From the human T2T-CHM13v2.0 reference genome, Homo sapiens, in NCBI RefSeq assembly GCF_009914755.1, contig NC_060930.1: a stretch of DNA of 64,000 bases. The stretch is one strand, 5' to 3'. Both the position numbers and the translations under genes were made by a program. The first letter of the stretch is position 1, and each line of letters begins with the position of its first letter. A model generated the notes under the pieces. It was not told the DNA's origin and searched no databases. It was given only the letters and a program-made list of their open reading frames with translations. Positions 44,520 to 59,135 of this stretch are shown piece after piece.

Positions 44520-44935
44520 AAGTTTCCTTTTTTTCATTCAACAAGAGCTGCAATTACAGTCTGAGAAGTCAGCTTTTCCAAGTTTCTGCTGTGGTAAAAA
44601 TCAACCCCCAAATCCTGTTGTTTTACAAAAAAGGTTTATTTCCAGCCTATGTTCCATATTGACTGCAGGTGGGCTGTGACTCTGTTCCACGTTTTCTTCA
44701 TTCCAGGATCCAGGCTGAAGGAACATTCTCTATGACACACCATTCTTGTGCCACAGGGAAAAAAGCAATGGTGAAATGACTGATGGCAAGTAAAGTTTAT
44801 GGTTAGACAACATGTAAGTCACTCATGTTCCCATTAGTCAAAGAAAAGCACATGGCCAACCCTGGGGCTGGGAAGTACAATCCTCCTATGGGGAACTCAG
44901 TGAATAATTGGGGAAAATAATAACAACCTAGCACA
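44520..44935 (-). mobile_element. Old MaLR LTR (MLT1-type)
   Basis: CCCATTAGTCAAAGAAAAGCACATGGCCAACC and CAGGATCCAGGCTGAAGGA motifs. Confidence 0.5.
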
Positions 44936-45860
44936 TGGACCCTGGGGAAGCAAGTTCTTTAATACACATCTACAATCATGTGAAGAACGATGACATTTAA
45001 AGAATATAACTTAGAAAGTAACTATTTTGGGAACTACTGCTTAAGAATGTTTGTTTAAGGTCTCTTAAGTCACCAGATAATCTGAAGAAGTTTCTGGTCA
45101 GCAGGAAAAGGTATCATTTTCTGTATGTGAACCAGCCAATACAGAAGTGTTTTGGGGATAAGGAAGCTATAAAAATATGCATTGCCTTAAATTTTAATAC
45201 AGTTATACACCTTTCTATACTCAGTGCACAAATGGCTCCTTAAGAGAGCCATTGCTATTTTTTTAATAAATTAAGGAATTTAGAAAACAATTGTTTCTAG
45301 TAGCATATAAGCTTGTACATTCAAATGTAATCAGTTTCTTCTGCTTTATTAAAATATGAATTTAGGGAAACATTATAATTAAATTAGTTTTAAATACCAT
45401 AGGGAGCATCAATAATTAGTGCTATATTTAGTAATGATAATATGTCATATGATCCTAGAATAGTACAGGGAATCTACAGACAATAATATATAATCAAACC
45501 ATTCTTTTTCAAATTGACCATAACACAGTAGGTCAAAAATATATAATTTTAAGTATCCGCAATTAGTAAAAGGCATGATTATATGTTTCATGCTCTATGA
45601 ATAAATGCACTGAATCTAAAATTAAACTTTGAAGAGTTGTAGCAAACAAAGCTAAGAACAGTTCCATTGCTATGTCTTCTCTCTTCTCTCTAGAAATCAA
45701 AAAGTTTTTCATTATTCTCCCTACTCTGTCTGTAAAGAGACCTTATATAGTCTGCTGCCCTTTAAGTCAAGGAGTTAATATAGCTCTATCTTCCAAGAGA
45801 CCCACAGCAAGCCTAGGGGAGGTGTCACATCAAGTAGTATCTGAAAAATTGCAAAAGTGA

Positions 45861-46528
<668 letters not shown>

Positions 46529-47419
46529 TAAAACCCTATCTTTCCTAAGCATTAGATGTATCTCTTGTTTCTCTAGCACATGTTAAATTCTCTTTCAGTG
46601 CTTTCAATATCAGATACTATTTCCTTCTCATGATATGACATCTTGAATAATCCATTCTCTTTCAAACTTGCAACATATTATTCCCTCCCAGAAGTGACTG
46701 CCTGTCACCTTTAACCATACTATGTATTCAAACATTGTTTACAATGTTTGAACTAAACTCTGTTTTACTTTTATGTCTTTGAAGTAAACTCTGTTTTACC
46801 TTTTGTATACTGGAAAATGACTAGTTTCTGCACTATAATTGAAACAAGGATAGATGTGCATTTCAATACACAGATTTCTAAAGTCTATATTTTATTTAAA
46901 AAAATAAATTTCCTTTAAAAATTGAGACCAACAGTAATAACAAACAGTTATTCCTTAAGAAAAATAAAACTTTTATTGCTTTTAAATTTTAGGGTTATTG
47001 TATTTCAGGTTCATGGCTTCCCTTAGGATATGAGCTCAGAATGTTTGGTTTCTTGTAAGAGATACACATATTTTTATTATAAATGTATGAATATTGAACA
47101 CATAATTATGTGAACATTGATCACCTCCATGAATGACTCTCTGCAAGAGACTTCTATATGCAAAGTACCACAGCAGGTGGAGCTACAATGAAGGTTCAGG
47201 ACTTGTGTCTCCCAATAAATAACATCTCATATGTAAAATGCTCATCTCCTGGATGAGCATCCTGGTGATGTGATCCTCATCTGTTTCCCCAGAACAATAA
47301 AAATAAGCTATCCTTCATGTACAAAGAAAATGTGGCGAACCCAGTATTGGTGGCACGTGACTTTGACATTTCTTGTTTCTTTCAGCTGTAGTAATAGCTC
47401 TTTTCTGAATTATCTATTG

Positions 47420-47808
47420 TTGAACTGTCCAATATGGTAGCCACTATATAAATGTTACTATTGAGCACTTGAAATTAGGCTAGTCCAATTGAGATGTGCT
47501 GTCAGTTTAAAACACATACTGATTTCCGAATCAGCACCAAAAAACAATACAAATAATATTTATTACATGTTGAAATAATATTTTAGAAATCTTAGGTTAA
47601 ATAATATACTATTAAAATTCTGGCACATGTATACATATGTAACAAACCTACACATTGCACACATGTACCCTACAACTTAAAGTATAATAATAATAAAATT
47701 TAAAAAAAATTCATTTTACCTGGTTTTTTCTTTACCGTTTTTAATGTGACTATTAGAAAATTTTAAATCAAGTATGTGGCTTGGATCAGATTTCTGTTGA
47801 ACATCATT
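47420..47808. mobile_element. MER33 hAT MITE, split by a tiny L1
   Basis: CTGTCCAATATGGTAGCCACTA, CTATTGAGCACTTGAAAT, ATTGAGATGTGCTGT, TAGAAAATTTTAAAT. Confidence 0.8.
47621..47705 (+). mobile_element. Ultra-short L1PA 3' end insertion
   Basis: TGGCACATGTATACATATGTAACAAACC...ACTTAAAGTATAATAAT plus A-rich tail; TSD AAAATTC (47614-47620 / 47706-47712). Confidence 0.85.
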
Positions 47809-48233
47809 GATCTCATCTCTCTCTCCTAGCTCTTGAATAGTGACACAATTACAGGTATAAGACATACAAATTAAGTTAGGGGTATCATATGTTAAGATTA
47901 TACTAGATAAAACTAACAAGCCAATAAAGGAATGAAACATATAACCTCAAAATCTATCATTAAATGAATTATCCACCTATACAACTAAAAAATAGCGGAA
48001 ATTGTAACGGTGGGTCTAATTATAATAGTGGCAGCAAAATGTCAATTCTGCCAGTTCAGATCCTGTAGAATCTGGTCATGTGGGTAATTCTTAGCACCTG
48101 CAATGCTTGAATGCTTACCTGTTTATATGTGTAAAGGATGATGGTGATGAAAACTATCATTTACCAAACACCTAATTTATATCAGGCACTTTACAAAGAT
48201 TCCTCATGTAATCTTCATAATAATCCAATGAAG

Positions 48234-48620
48234 TGTATTAATCAGGGTTGGCTAACTGCTGAAACAAACATCCCCCAAGTTTCAGTGCCTTAACAAAATA
48301 AATACTAATTCTTGTTTGCAACTGATGGGGGTGGCAAGGGACTCACAGCAAACTTTAATTCAGGCCTCTTCTGTCTTAGTTATTCATTCTCATAGGTCTC
48401 TGGAGTCCTCTCCAGTCAGCCAGCTAAAGAAGAGGGCACATGGAAGATTTTCATGAGCTAAGTTAGGAAGTGGTGCACTTTATTTCCACCCACATTCCAG
48501 TGCCAGAAGTCAGCAATGAAGACACCAACCTACAAGGGAAGCTGAAAATATAGTTTAACTGTGCCCAGGAAGAAAAGGAAAACACATGGATATTGGTGAG
48601 CATTAACAGTCTCTGCAACT
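48234..48620 (-). mobile_element. Old MaLR LTR (MLT1-type) inside a MIR
   Basis: Starts TGTATTAATCAGGG; CCCACATTCCAGTGCCAGAA; ends GTCTCTGCAA; MIR-like flanks at about 48140-48233 and 48620-48745. Confidence 0.55.
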
Positions 48621-48799
48621 AGTAAATTTTATCTCTATTTTATAGCTGAAAAACTGGCTCTCAGAAACACTTAAATTTTACAATGTTACATACCTAGAAA
48701 ACGGCATTCACAATTCTGTAGGACACCAAAGCCCAGGCTTTTTCCAGGCAACGTTGCAGAACTCACAAAAATTGTCACTATCTCAGTATGTACACTTAC

Positions 48800-48958
48800 C
48801 TCAGAAGAAGGATTAGGCAAATGAGCAAGAGATGACAGGAATTGAATCTTCTGTCCTCTCCCACCATTACAAAAGAGCAATGTTGGGAAAATCAGTTTAG
48901 ACAACCAAAATTTCCCTTTGCATCATTAAATAATATGTCTATGAGACTTGAGATCAAC
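48800..48958 (-). other. Candidate non-coding exon (159 nt)
   Basis: Acceptor tttgttctttttgtttgtttgttgaag|GTT; donor GAG|gtaagt; stops in all three frames. Confidence 0.5.
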
Positions 48959-51151
48959 CTTCAACAAACAAACAAAAAGAACAAATGGGGTGGGTTATTC
49001 ATTGCCAAAATGCTGAGTAGTCAAATACATAAGTCCCCAGGATGTTTAATAAATAATTACAGTCTAGCAGGACTAGTATCTGTTACCTCCCAAAATATTT
49101 ATTTATCTCTTATTTATCCAGAAGCCAAAAACACCTAGAACATCTTAACAATTGGGTTTATTTTGCAATACTATTGAATAATAATTATTGTTTGTATTGG
49201 TGAGGCTAAGTCACTACAAGATTCTGAAGTTTCTTTTGAATTATTGTTTTATTTTATTTTATTATGTTTTAGCATTATCATTAAGGATTCTATTATAAAA
49301 CAGAAATTCCATTATGTTTTAATATCATTAAAGATTCTATCATAAAATAATTCAATGTTGATAATTTGCATAGACTACTTGTATTAAATCAGCCACATTG
49401 CCCAAAAATTCAGAATCATTTAATCCCTGATATTTCTGAGTGAACAAAAATTAATTATAATGGGGGAAGGACAGAACATGAAATGACTAATAGGAAATTA
49501 GAACATTTTCTTCTGGACAGATGACTAGTGAGCTGGCTATGAAGTGTATATAAAATTGTTAGGTGTATATGAAAATCATTAAACTAATCTGGCTATAAAT
49601 GAGATGGAAATCAAGGCACATCAAAAGATCAGTAAGGTAAAAAGTGCTGGAACCACTCATAGGAAACCCTGAAGTTCACAGATTTGAAACTTAAATTTGA
49701 TATGAAAGATCACTTTAGACTCAAAATTGCTGATACCAATGATAAAACTCTTTTAGTGGCCACTGAATTAGACAATTGGTTCAGGAAGGAAAGTCTGGAA
49801 GCAAAGAGACAGGAAAACTATGACTATGACAGAATAATGATTATGGTTGTGAAAAGGGGCTGATCCAAGGATACTACTAGTCATTTTCTATGTTTTTTCT
49901 CTATTTTTATATTCATTGCATCTCAGGAGCACTTCATCCACCTCTATATCTTATTAATCAGTATTCTTGAATGTACTGAATTTTATGAACATGTTTCCGA
50001 GAGAATATAGTTTCTTTTTCAGTTCTATTGTCATTCCCTGAATGTTATTTATCTAATGTAAGCCTCCTTCGGACAATCTTCTATGGTTCTTATAGTTTAT
50101 TATATTCTCTAGCTTTGTATGAGAAGTATAATTTATGCTTTGTATGAGAAGCATAAAAGTCTGGGGAAAAAAGATGACAAGTCATAACTTTATCCTCATG
50201 GGCACACAACTTCAGTTAAATCTTTTTGTCTAACAGGTACTGTCTCTTAACTGGGTGAATGGCATTTTCAGATAAGCAGTTTTCCTCCATGCTTTGTTAG
50301 AAATCATGGAAAAGCTTTGTTCCATCAAAACTTCTGTACTAATTGCTCAGATAATTCTCAAAGCTAAGGCTGTCTCAGCTCCAAAAGTTGTGATGCCAGA
50401 CTATACAAGACCATTGAAGTTGAGTGCGTTAAGTTTTTACTGCCACGTGTCAAGCACTGTGCTGCAAACCTTTAAATATCTGCACAACCATTCTGTCAAT
50501 CCAGTTATCTGATCTGTCAACTGGAATCTCATCCTCTGAGACAGGCTCCTGTGGGAAATTCCATTGTTCTTAATCCTATGGACTTGCTTTCTCATAATTG
50601 ACTGTGTCTTCCACTTTTGCTGAACTCTTGATCTCACATATCTTGCCCTTTGCAGATGCTCCTTATCTTTGTTATACACATAGCTTCTTTCCTTGATTTC
50701 TCCCAAATCACAATGCAACACAGTCATGTTGTTACATTGCCAAGATGCCAACAACTAAACATTGTAAATTAGACTTCTGTGGTCTTTAAAGTTATGGCCA
50801 CTATTGCTATCAAGGCATTTGTCTCCTTCTCCACAGGATTCAGCCTCCTATCTATCTTGCATGGCCTTTTCTCTAATTCCTCCCCCTTCTCTTTCTGGCA
50901 TTTCTCCTCCCACATCTCTATTCATTTCTTTGTACACAACTGTTTAGTTCTTTGTATTGCAATCACCTTCTAGAACTCACACTCAAGGCCTCACCTTCCA
51001 CACTCAGATAAGCTTATCAAGGCATTTTTTCTAAATGAAGACAGTGCCCAGTTCCCTAAGTGGAACTCTAGTACCACTGGTTCATAATATTTTTGGCCCA
51101 TTAAATATATATATAAATATATATGTATATACACACATAAACGATAAAGCA

Positions 51152-51530
<379 letters not shown>

Positions 51531-51642
51531 CTAAATGCCTTTGCCTTTTAAAAACACAATGCTGGTTTAAAAACATGCTTTAATTAGTAAACTTTACTTT
51601 TTTTAAATTGGACCGTGTTTTTTATTTTTATTAATTTTTTAA

Positions 51643-52191
<549 letters not shown>

Positions 52192-52195
52192 TTCC

Positions 52196-52214
52196 TGGCT
52201 GCCCAATGTGGAGC
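52196..52214 (+). promoter_or_regulatory. Primer-binding site, degenerate tRNA-Lys1,2 type
   Basis: TGGCTGCCCAATGTGGAGC versus canonical TGGCGCCCAACGTGGGGC, 4 nt after the LTR end. Confidence 0.75.
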
Positions 52215-52340
52215 AACAAAGACCTGGTGAAGAAATGCTAGAGCGTGTGAAAGCGGACGATGCATTGTCAAAGGATACCCAAGTACGTCTAAAAGAAGCT
52301 CGGTGGGAAAGCTGAGCACTCCGGAAGAACCAGGGTAACA

Positions 52341-53897
52341 ATGGGACAAAGTGAAAGCAGACATTCTGCTTATTTAAATTTCTGAAGGCATTTACTACAA
52401 AGAGATGAAGTGAAAGTTAGCACTCAGAATTTGTTATCACTCTTTATTGCAGTAAAGCAGTTTTGCCCATGGTTCCCGGAACAAAGGACTATAGAGTTGG
52501 ATGAATGGGAGAGAATTGGCAGAGATTTAAAAAAAGCATATAAAGATGGAGCAAAAATTCCAGTCTCGGTTTGGTCAATGTGGGCGCTAATAAAAGCAGC
52601 TCTTGAGCCATTTCAAACAGATGATGAGGCAGATTCAGATGAGGAAGAGGACAAGTGTAAAAAACTAACTTCAGATTCTGAATGTGAGGAACAGGAAACA
52701 GAGGAAATTAAATAAAAGAAAGCAAATTAAATAAAAGAAAGAGAAATTTTAAAAAAGTATGTTTTACTAGCCGACCTGCTGAATTAAGTGAAAGGCCACC
52801 TCCTCTCTCTCCCCTTAATGGGTGAGAAGATGAATTAGCTACAAAACTTACTGCTCCTGTAGTTGCAACATTAAAATCTGGAGCAATTGGTGGTGCTATA
52901 CAAAATTCTATTCAAAAGGCCAGAGCCGAGGGAGACCTTGAAGCATGACAATTTCCCGTAACTATAATCCAGCAGGGAGGACAGAATATAGCTAATTGGA
53001 CCACCTTTCCTTTTAAGCTGTTAAAGGAATTCAAGCAAGCCATTAGTCAATATGAGCCAAACTCTCCTTTTGTGCAAACTTTATGAAAAATGTTTCTCTT
53101 GATAATCGATTAATAGCACATGATTGGGATACTTTAACAAAATCTATTCTCACTCCATCTCAGTACTTGCAGTTTAAACCTGGTGGTCTGATGAAGCTCA
53201 AACTCAGGCAAGGGAAAATACACAAGCACAACCACCTGTGCCTGTTTCCTTTGAACAGTTAATGGGAGTCGGACCTGATTGGGGTCGATTAGAAAATCAA
53301 GCAGTAATGGAGGATGTTGCCATTGTTCAGCTGCGCTCTGTGTGCTTACAGGCATGGGAAAGGATACATGTTACAGGGGAAAAATATCCTTCTTTCAGTT
53401 CTGTCTGACAAGGACCTAAAGAATCCTATTGATTTTATTGCTCGGCTCCAGGAGGCTGTGTATAAAACCATAACTGATAAAATAGCTCAAGATTTGTAAT
53501 GCAGCTTCTTGCATACAATAATGCTAATGCAGACTGTCAAACTGCTATTAGACCCCTGAGAGGGAAGGCTCATTTAGCTGGATATACTAAGGCTTGCGAT
53601 GGCATTGGAGGTAACTTACATAAGGCTACTCTTTTAGCTCAGGCTATGGCTGGATTAAGAGTCGGAAATAATATGCCCCATTTCTCAGGCTCTTGCTTTA
53701 ATTGTGGGCAATTTGGACACAGAAAAAAGGAATGTAGAAAAGGAAATCAAAAGGCAAGAGCTACCATCAAACAACAGAAAAGTCCCAGTGTATGTCCCCG
53801 TTGTGAAAAAAGCCATCACTGGGCAAGTCAATGTCATTCTAAAAGTAGCAAAGATGGACAACCTCTCTCAGGAAACAGGAATAGGGGCCCGCCTTGA
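52341..53897 (+). pseudogene. gag: HERV-K gag (MA-CA-NC), disrupted
   Basis: MGQSESRHSAYLNF* start; in-frame MA piece 52410-52715 (FCPWFPEQ); two NC zinc knuckles CFNCGQFGHRKKEC and CPRCEKSHHWASQC. Confidence 0.93.
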
Positions 53898-54794
53898 GCC
53901 CCTCAACAAACCAAGGCATACCTGGCACAGCCAGTGCCCTTACAAATGTACAATTGTCCCCTGCCACAGCAGGCAGTGTTGTCGTAGACCTCTGCAGCAC
54001 AATTCCCCTCTCCTTACTTCCTGGGGAGCCACACCAAAAAAGGTCCCTATGGGAGTTAGGGGACCCTTACCAGCAGGAACAGTTGGTCTATTACTTGGAA
54101 AGTCTAGTTAAATTTGAAAGGTGTCACTGTGCATATGGGAATAATTGATTCTGATTATACCGGAGAAATTCAATTAGTTACTAGTTCCTCAACTCCGAGA
54201 TCTGCTTCCCCAGGAGAAAGAATTGCTCAGTTGTTGCTGTTACCTTACATAAAACTAGGGAGCAGCACAGTGAAGAGAACAGGAGGCTTTGGTAGTACTA
54301 ATCCAACAGGAAAGGCTGTATACTGGGTTAATCAAATGTCTGACAAAAGACCTATTTGCACAGTAACTATTCAGGGAAAAGATTATGAAGGACTACTAGA
54401 TACTGGAGCTGATGTCTCTATTATTGCTATAAATCAATGGCTCTGACATTGGCCCAAGCAAAAGGCATCCATTCGCATTGTTGGAGTAGGAGCTGCCTTG
54501 GAAGTTTTTCAAAGTTCCTTGATTTTACCATGTCAGGGGCCGGATGGTCAGTAAGGGACAATTAAGCCTATCATTACACCTATTCTTGTCAATTTATGGG
54601 GTAGAGACTTATTCCAACAATGGCATGCTGAAATATCTATTCTTATGGGTCAATATAATAATAACAATAGACGAATGATGAAAAATATGGGATATCGCCC
54701 ACGGAAAAGGACTAGGAAAAGATAAATACGGCCAATCAGAACTTTTAGAATTAAAAGGACAAACAGATCAGACCAGATTGGGGTGTCATTTTTA
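53850..54794 (+). pseudogene. pro: HERV-K pro (dUTPase + aspartic protease + G-patch), disrupted
   Basis: dUTPase motifs GLLLGKSS, GIIDSDYTGEI, RIAQLLL, RTGGFGST; protease LLDTGAD; NLWGRDL; MMKNMGY; start approximate. Confidence 0.9.
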
Positions 54795-55295
54795 GGAGTG
54801 GCCATTGTTGAGCCTCCAGCTCCCATTCCTCTTGTTTGGCTAACTGCCAAACCAGTTTGGGTAGACCACTGGCCGCTGAAACAGGAAAAACTGAGGCTTT
54901 AAAAGAGTTGGTGCAGGAACAATTATAAAAGGGTCATATAGAACATACTTTCTCCCCTTGGAATCCTCCTGTATTTGTCAATAAGAAAAAATCAGGGAAA
55001 TTGAGAATGTTAACAGATTTAAGGGCTGTTAATACTGTAATTCAACCCACGGTGCAGCGGAACAATGCCTGACAGGAAGGAAGGAAGGTAAAAGGGGCTG
55101 GACAGGATATGTGGTGGAGGGATGCACATGCAGGGAGCTGGGAAAAAGGAAAAAGGAAAGATAATTATTTGGGGAAGAGGATTTGCTTGTGTCTCTCCAG
55201 TTGACAATCAGCTGCCAGTGTGGGTGCCCACCAAACATCTGAAGATTTATCATGAGCCACAGCATCTAGGGGACCACCTGTACAGTGCAAACTGA
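54790..55295 (+). pseudogene. pol: HERV-K pol remnant: RT N-terminus fused to IN C-terminus
   Basis: [35 protein letters not shown] then jumps at about 55050 to AAEQ...WWRD...[18 protein letters not shown]. Confidence 0.85.
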
Positions 55296-55406
55296 AGGTC
55301 TGAAAAGCCTCTATTTGCTTTCCCTGTGCCTTGTGTTACAAGGGGCCTGTTCCTCATTATCAGTGGCCTCCCGGCTACAGCCACAAAAGTTTTTGCTTCT
55401 GTTTCA

Positions 55407-55560
55407 GATTTACTAAGGTGGGGGTGAGGGTATGCTTGTGTTTTTGCAGGATATGAATGAACCCTGTGGATGCCCTCAAGATGTGTACGACCATGGAACG
55501 GGAGACTGGAGGGACCCATGGATCCCAACCATGGACCGGGTTCCCCCAGTACAAGACAGT
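55407..55560 (+). pseudogene. Second, divergent betaretroviral integrase C-terminus
   Basis: DLLRWG*GYACVFAGYE*TLWMPSRCVRPWNGRL in one frame from 55407. Confidence 0.7.
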
Positions 55561-55972
55561 TGAATCTGAATGCAAAGATGGAACGAAGACCAACTAGAGT
55601 CACAATGCTTAAAGAACCAATGCTTTCTGACTCAGCTCCTCTCTACCCTGAATACAAGAGACCCTAATAGTTAGGCAGGAATATCATCACCCCTATTCAG
55701 CATGAAGGAATTACATAAGATGGACCTTCATCCTTCTGCAACCCCTAGGATTAAGGGTCCTCTCGTAAAAGGAAAAGGAGAGATATGTGTGAAGCATTCA
55801 AACCAGAGTGACTCCAGTTTGAATGAGGGCTAAGAAAAATGAAGCTGGATCACCAACCAGCAATTAGGGCTGCACAGCCTGCAATTGCCTTGCTCAATTA
55901 AAAGAGGCCACCTTTTATGTTAGTAATAATGATAGCTAGTAATAATGATAGTAATAATACCTTCTCTTTTAC

Positions 55973-55991
55973 AAAAAAGAGAAGGGGGGCA
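55973..55991 (+). promoter_or_regulatory. Polypurine tract
   Basis: AAAAAAGAGAAGGGGGGCA immediately before the 3' LTR. Confidence 0.9.
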
Positions 55992-56408
55992 TGTTGGGAA
56001 AAAGCTGAGTGTTGGGAAAAAAAACTGAGGCAGGGCTTGCATGTCTGACATAATGGCCTCTGGAATGTGTCTAGACTTGCTGGCTCCTTGCTTCTAGCCC
56101 TCCTAGGCTCCTAGATCGATTGTATTCCCATTATCTCAAGTACCAGAACATGTTCCATATAAATACTAAACCGTCACAGCTGTAGATCATGTGCCTGCCC
56201 TTTTGACCCCCACATTCTCATCACCTGCTTCTTTGTTGGATTACCAATAAATAGCATGGGCTCCCAGAGCTCAGGGCCTTCGCAGCCTCCACAATTGCGA
56301 TGGCCCCCTGGTCCCACTTTATTTCTCAAATTATCTTTTTCTCAATCCTTTGGCTCCACCAGACTTCGTCGCCCCCATGACCTGGTGTTGGGTCTGATCA
56401 CCCCAACA
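55992..56408 (+). repeat. 3' LTR (LTR14A/B-like)
   Basis: 417 bp; about 28 substitutions versus the 5' LTR by manual count, no indels seen. Confidence 0.92.
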
Positions 56409-56448
56409 ATGCACCACCACGCCTGGCCAATTTTTGTATTTTTAGTAG

Positions 56449-57416
56449 TGTGGGGAAAAGCAAGAGAGATCAGATTGTTACTGTGTCTGTGTAGAAAGAA
56501 GTAGACATAGGAGACTCCATTTTGTTATGTACTAAGAAAAATTCTTCTGCCTTGAGATTCTGTTAATCTATAACCTTACCCCCAACCCCGTGCTCTCTGA
56601 AACGTGTGCTGTGTCAACTCAGAGTTAAATGGATTAAGGGCGGTGCAAGATGTGCTTTGTTAAACAGATGCTTGAGGGCAGCATGCTCCTTAAGAGTCAT
56701 CACCACTCCCTAATCTCAAGTACCCAGGGACACAAAAACTGCGGAAGGCCGCAGGGACCTCTGCCTAGGAAAGCCAGGTATTGTCCAAGGTTTCTCCCCA
56801 TGTGATAGTCTGAAATATGGCCTCGTGGGAAGGGAAAGACCTGACCGTCCCCCAGCCCGACACCCGTAAAGGGTCTGTGCTGAGGAGGATTAGTAAAAGA
56901 GGAAGGAATGCCTCTTGCAGTTGAGACAAGAGGAAGGCATCTGTCTCCTGCCTGTCCCTGGGCAATGGAATGTCTCGGTATAAAACCCGATTGTATGCTC
57001 CATCTACTGAGATAGGGAAAAACCGCCTTAGGGCTGGAGGTGGGACCTGTGGGCAGCAATACTGCTTTGTAAAGCATTGAGATGTTTATGTGTATGCATA
57101 TCTAAAAGCACAGCACTTAATCCTTTACATTGTCTATGATGCAAAGACCTTTGTTCACGTGTTTGTCTGCTGACCCTCTCCCCACAATTGTCTTGTGACC
57201 CTGACACATCCCCCTCTTTGAGAAACACCCACAGATGATCAATAAATACTAAGGGAACTCAGAGGCTGGCGGGATCCTCCATATGCCGAACGCTGGTTCC
57301 CCGGTTCCCCTTATTTCTTTCTCTATACTTTGTCTCTGTGTCTTTTTCTTTTCCAAATCTCTCGTCCCACCTTACGAGAAACACCCACAGATGTGTAGGG
57401 GCAACCCACCCCTACA
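56449..57416 (+). mobile_element. HERV-K(HML-2) solo LTR, LTR5_Hs
   Basis: TGTGGGGAAAAGCAAGAGAGATCAG...CAACCCACCCCTACA, exactly 968 bp, CpGs largely retained; TATAAAA 56979, AATAAA 57241; TSD AGTAG (56444-56448 / 57417-57421); no internal sequence. Confidence 0.97.
57128..57146 (+). promoter_or_regulatory. SOX-like plus OCT4-like motifs in LTR5_Hs
   Basis: CATTGTC at 57128-57134 and ATGCAAAG at 57139-57146 (LTR position about 691), where LTR5_Hs is known to carry an OCT4 motif. Confidence 0.6.
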
Positions 57417-57526
57417 AGTAGAGATGGAGTTTCATCATTTGCCCAGGCTGGTCTCAAACCCCTGACCTCACGTGATCCACCCGCCTAGGCCTCCCAAAGT
57501 GCAGGCGTGAGCCACCACACCCAGCC

Positions 57527-58365
<839 letters not shown>

Positions 58366-58480
58366 TTTAAAATAAGACTTTTATAACATTCATCATTTTG
58401 TATTAAACTTTACTCAGCTTTTAGAATTAAAAAGAAGCAACTCAAATTCTCTCATACTACACACAAGAAAATTGAGCCAA

Positions 58481-59135
<655 letters not shown>

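Noticed and set aside
56700-57465. ORFs within LTR5_Hs
   Set aside because: Non-coding LTR; such frames are a property of the LTR sequence
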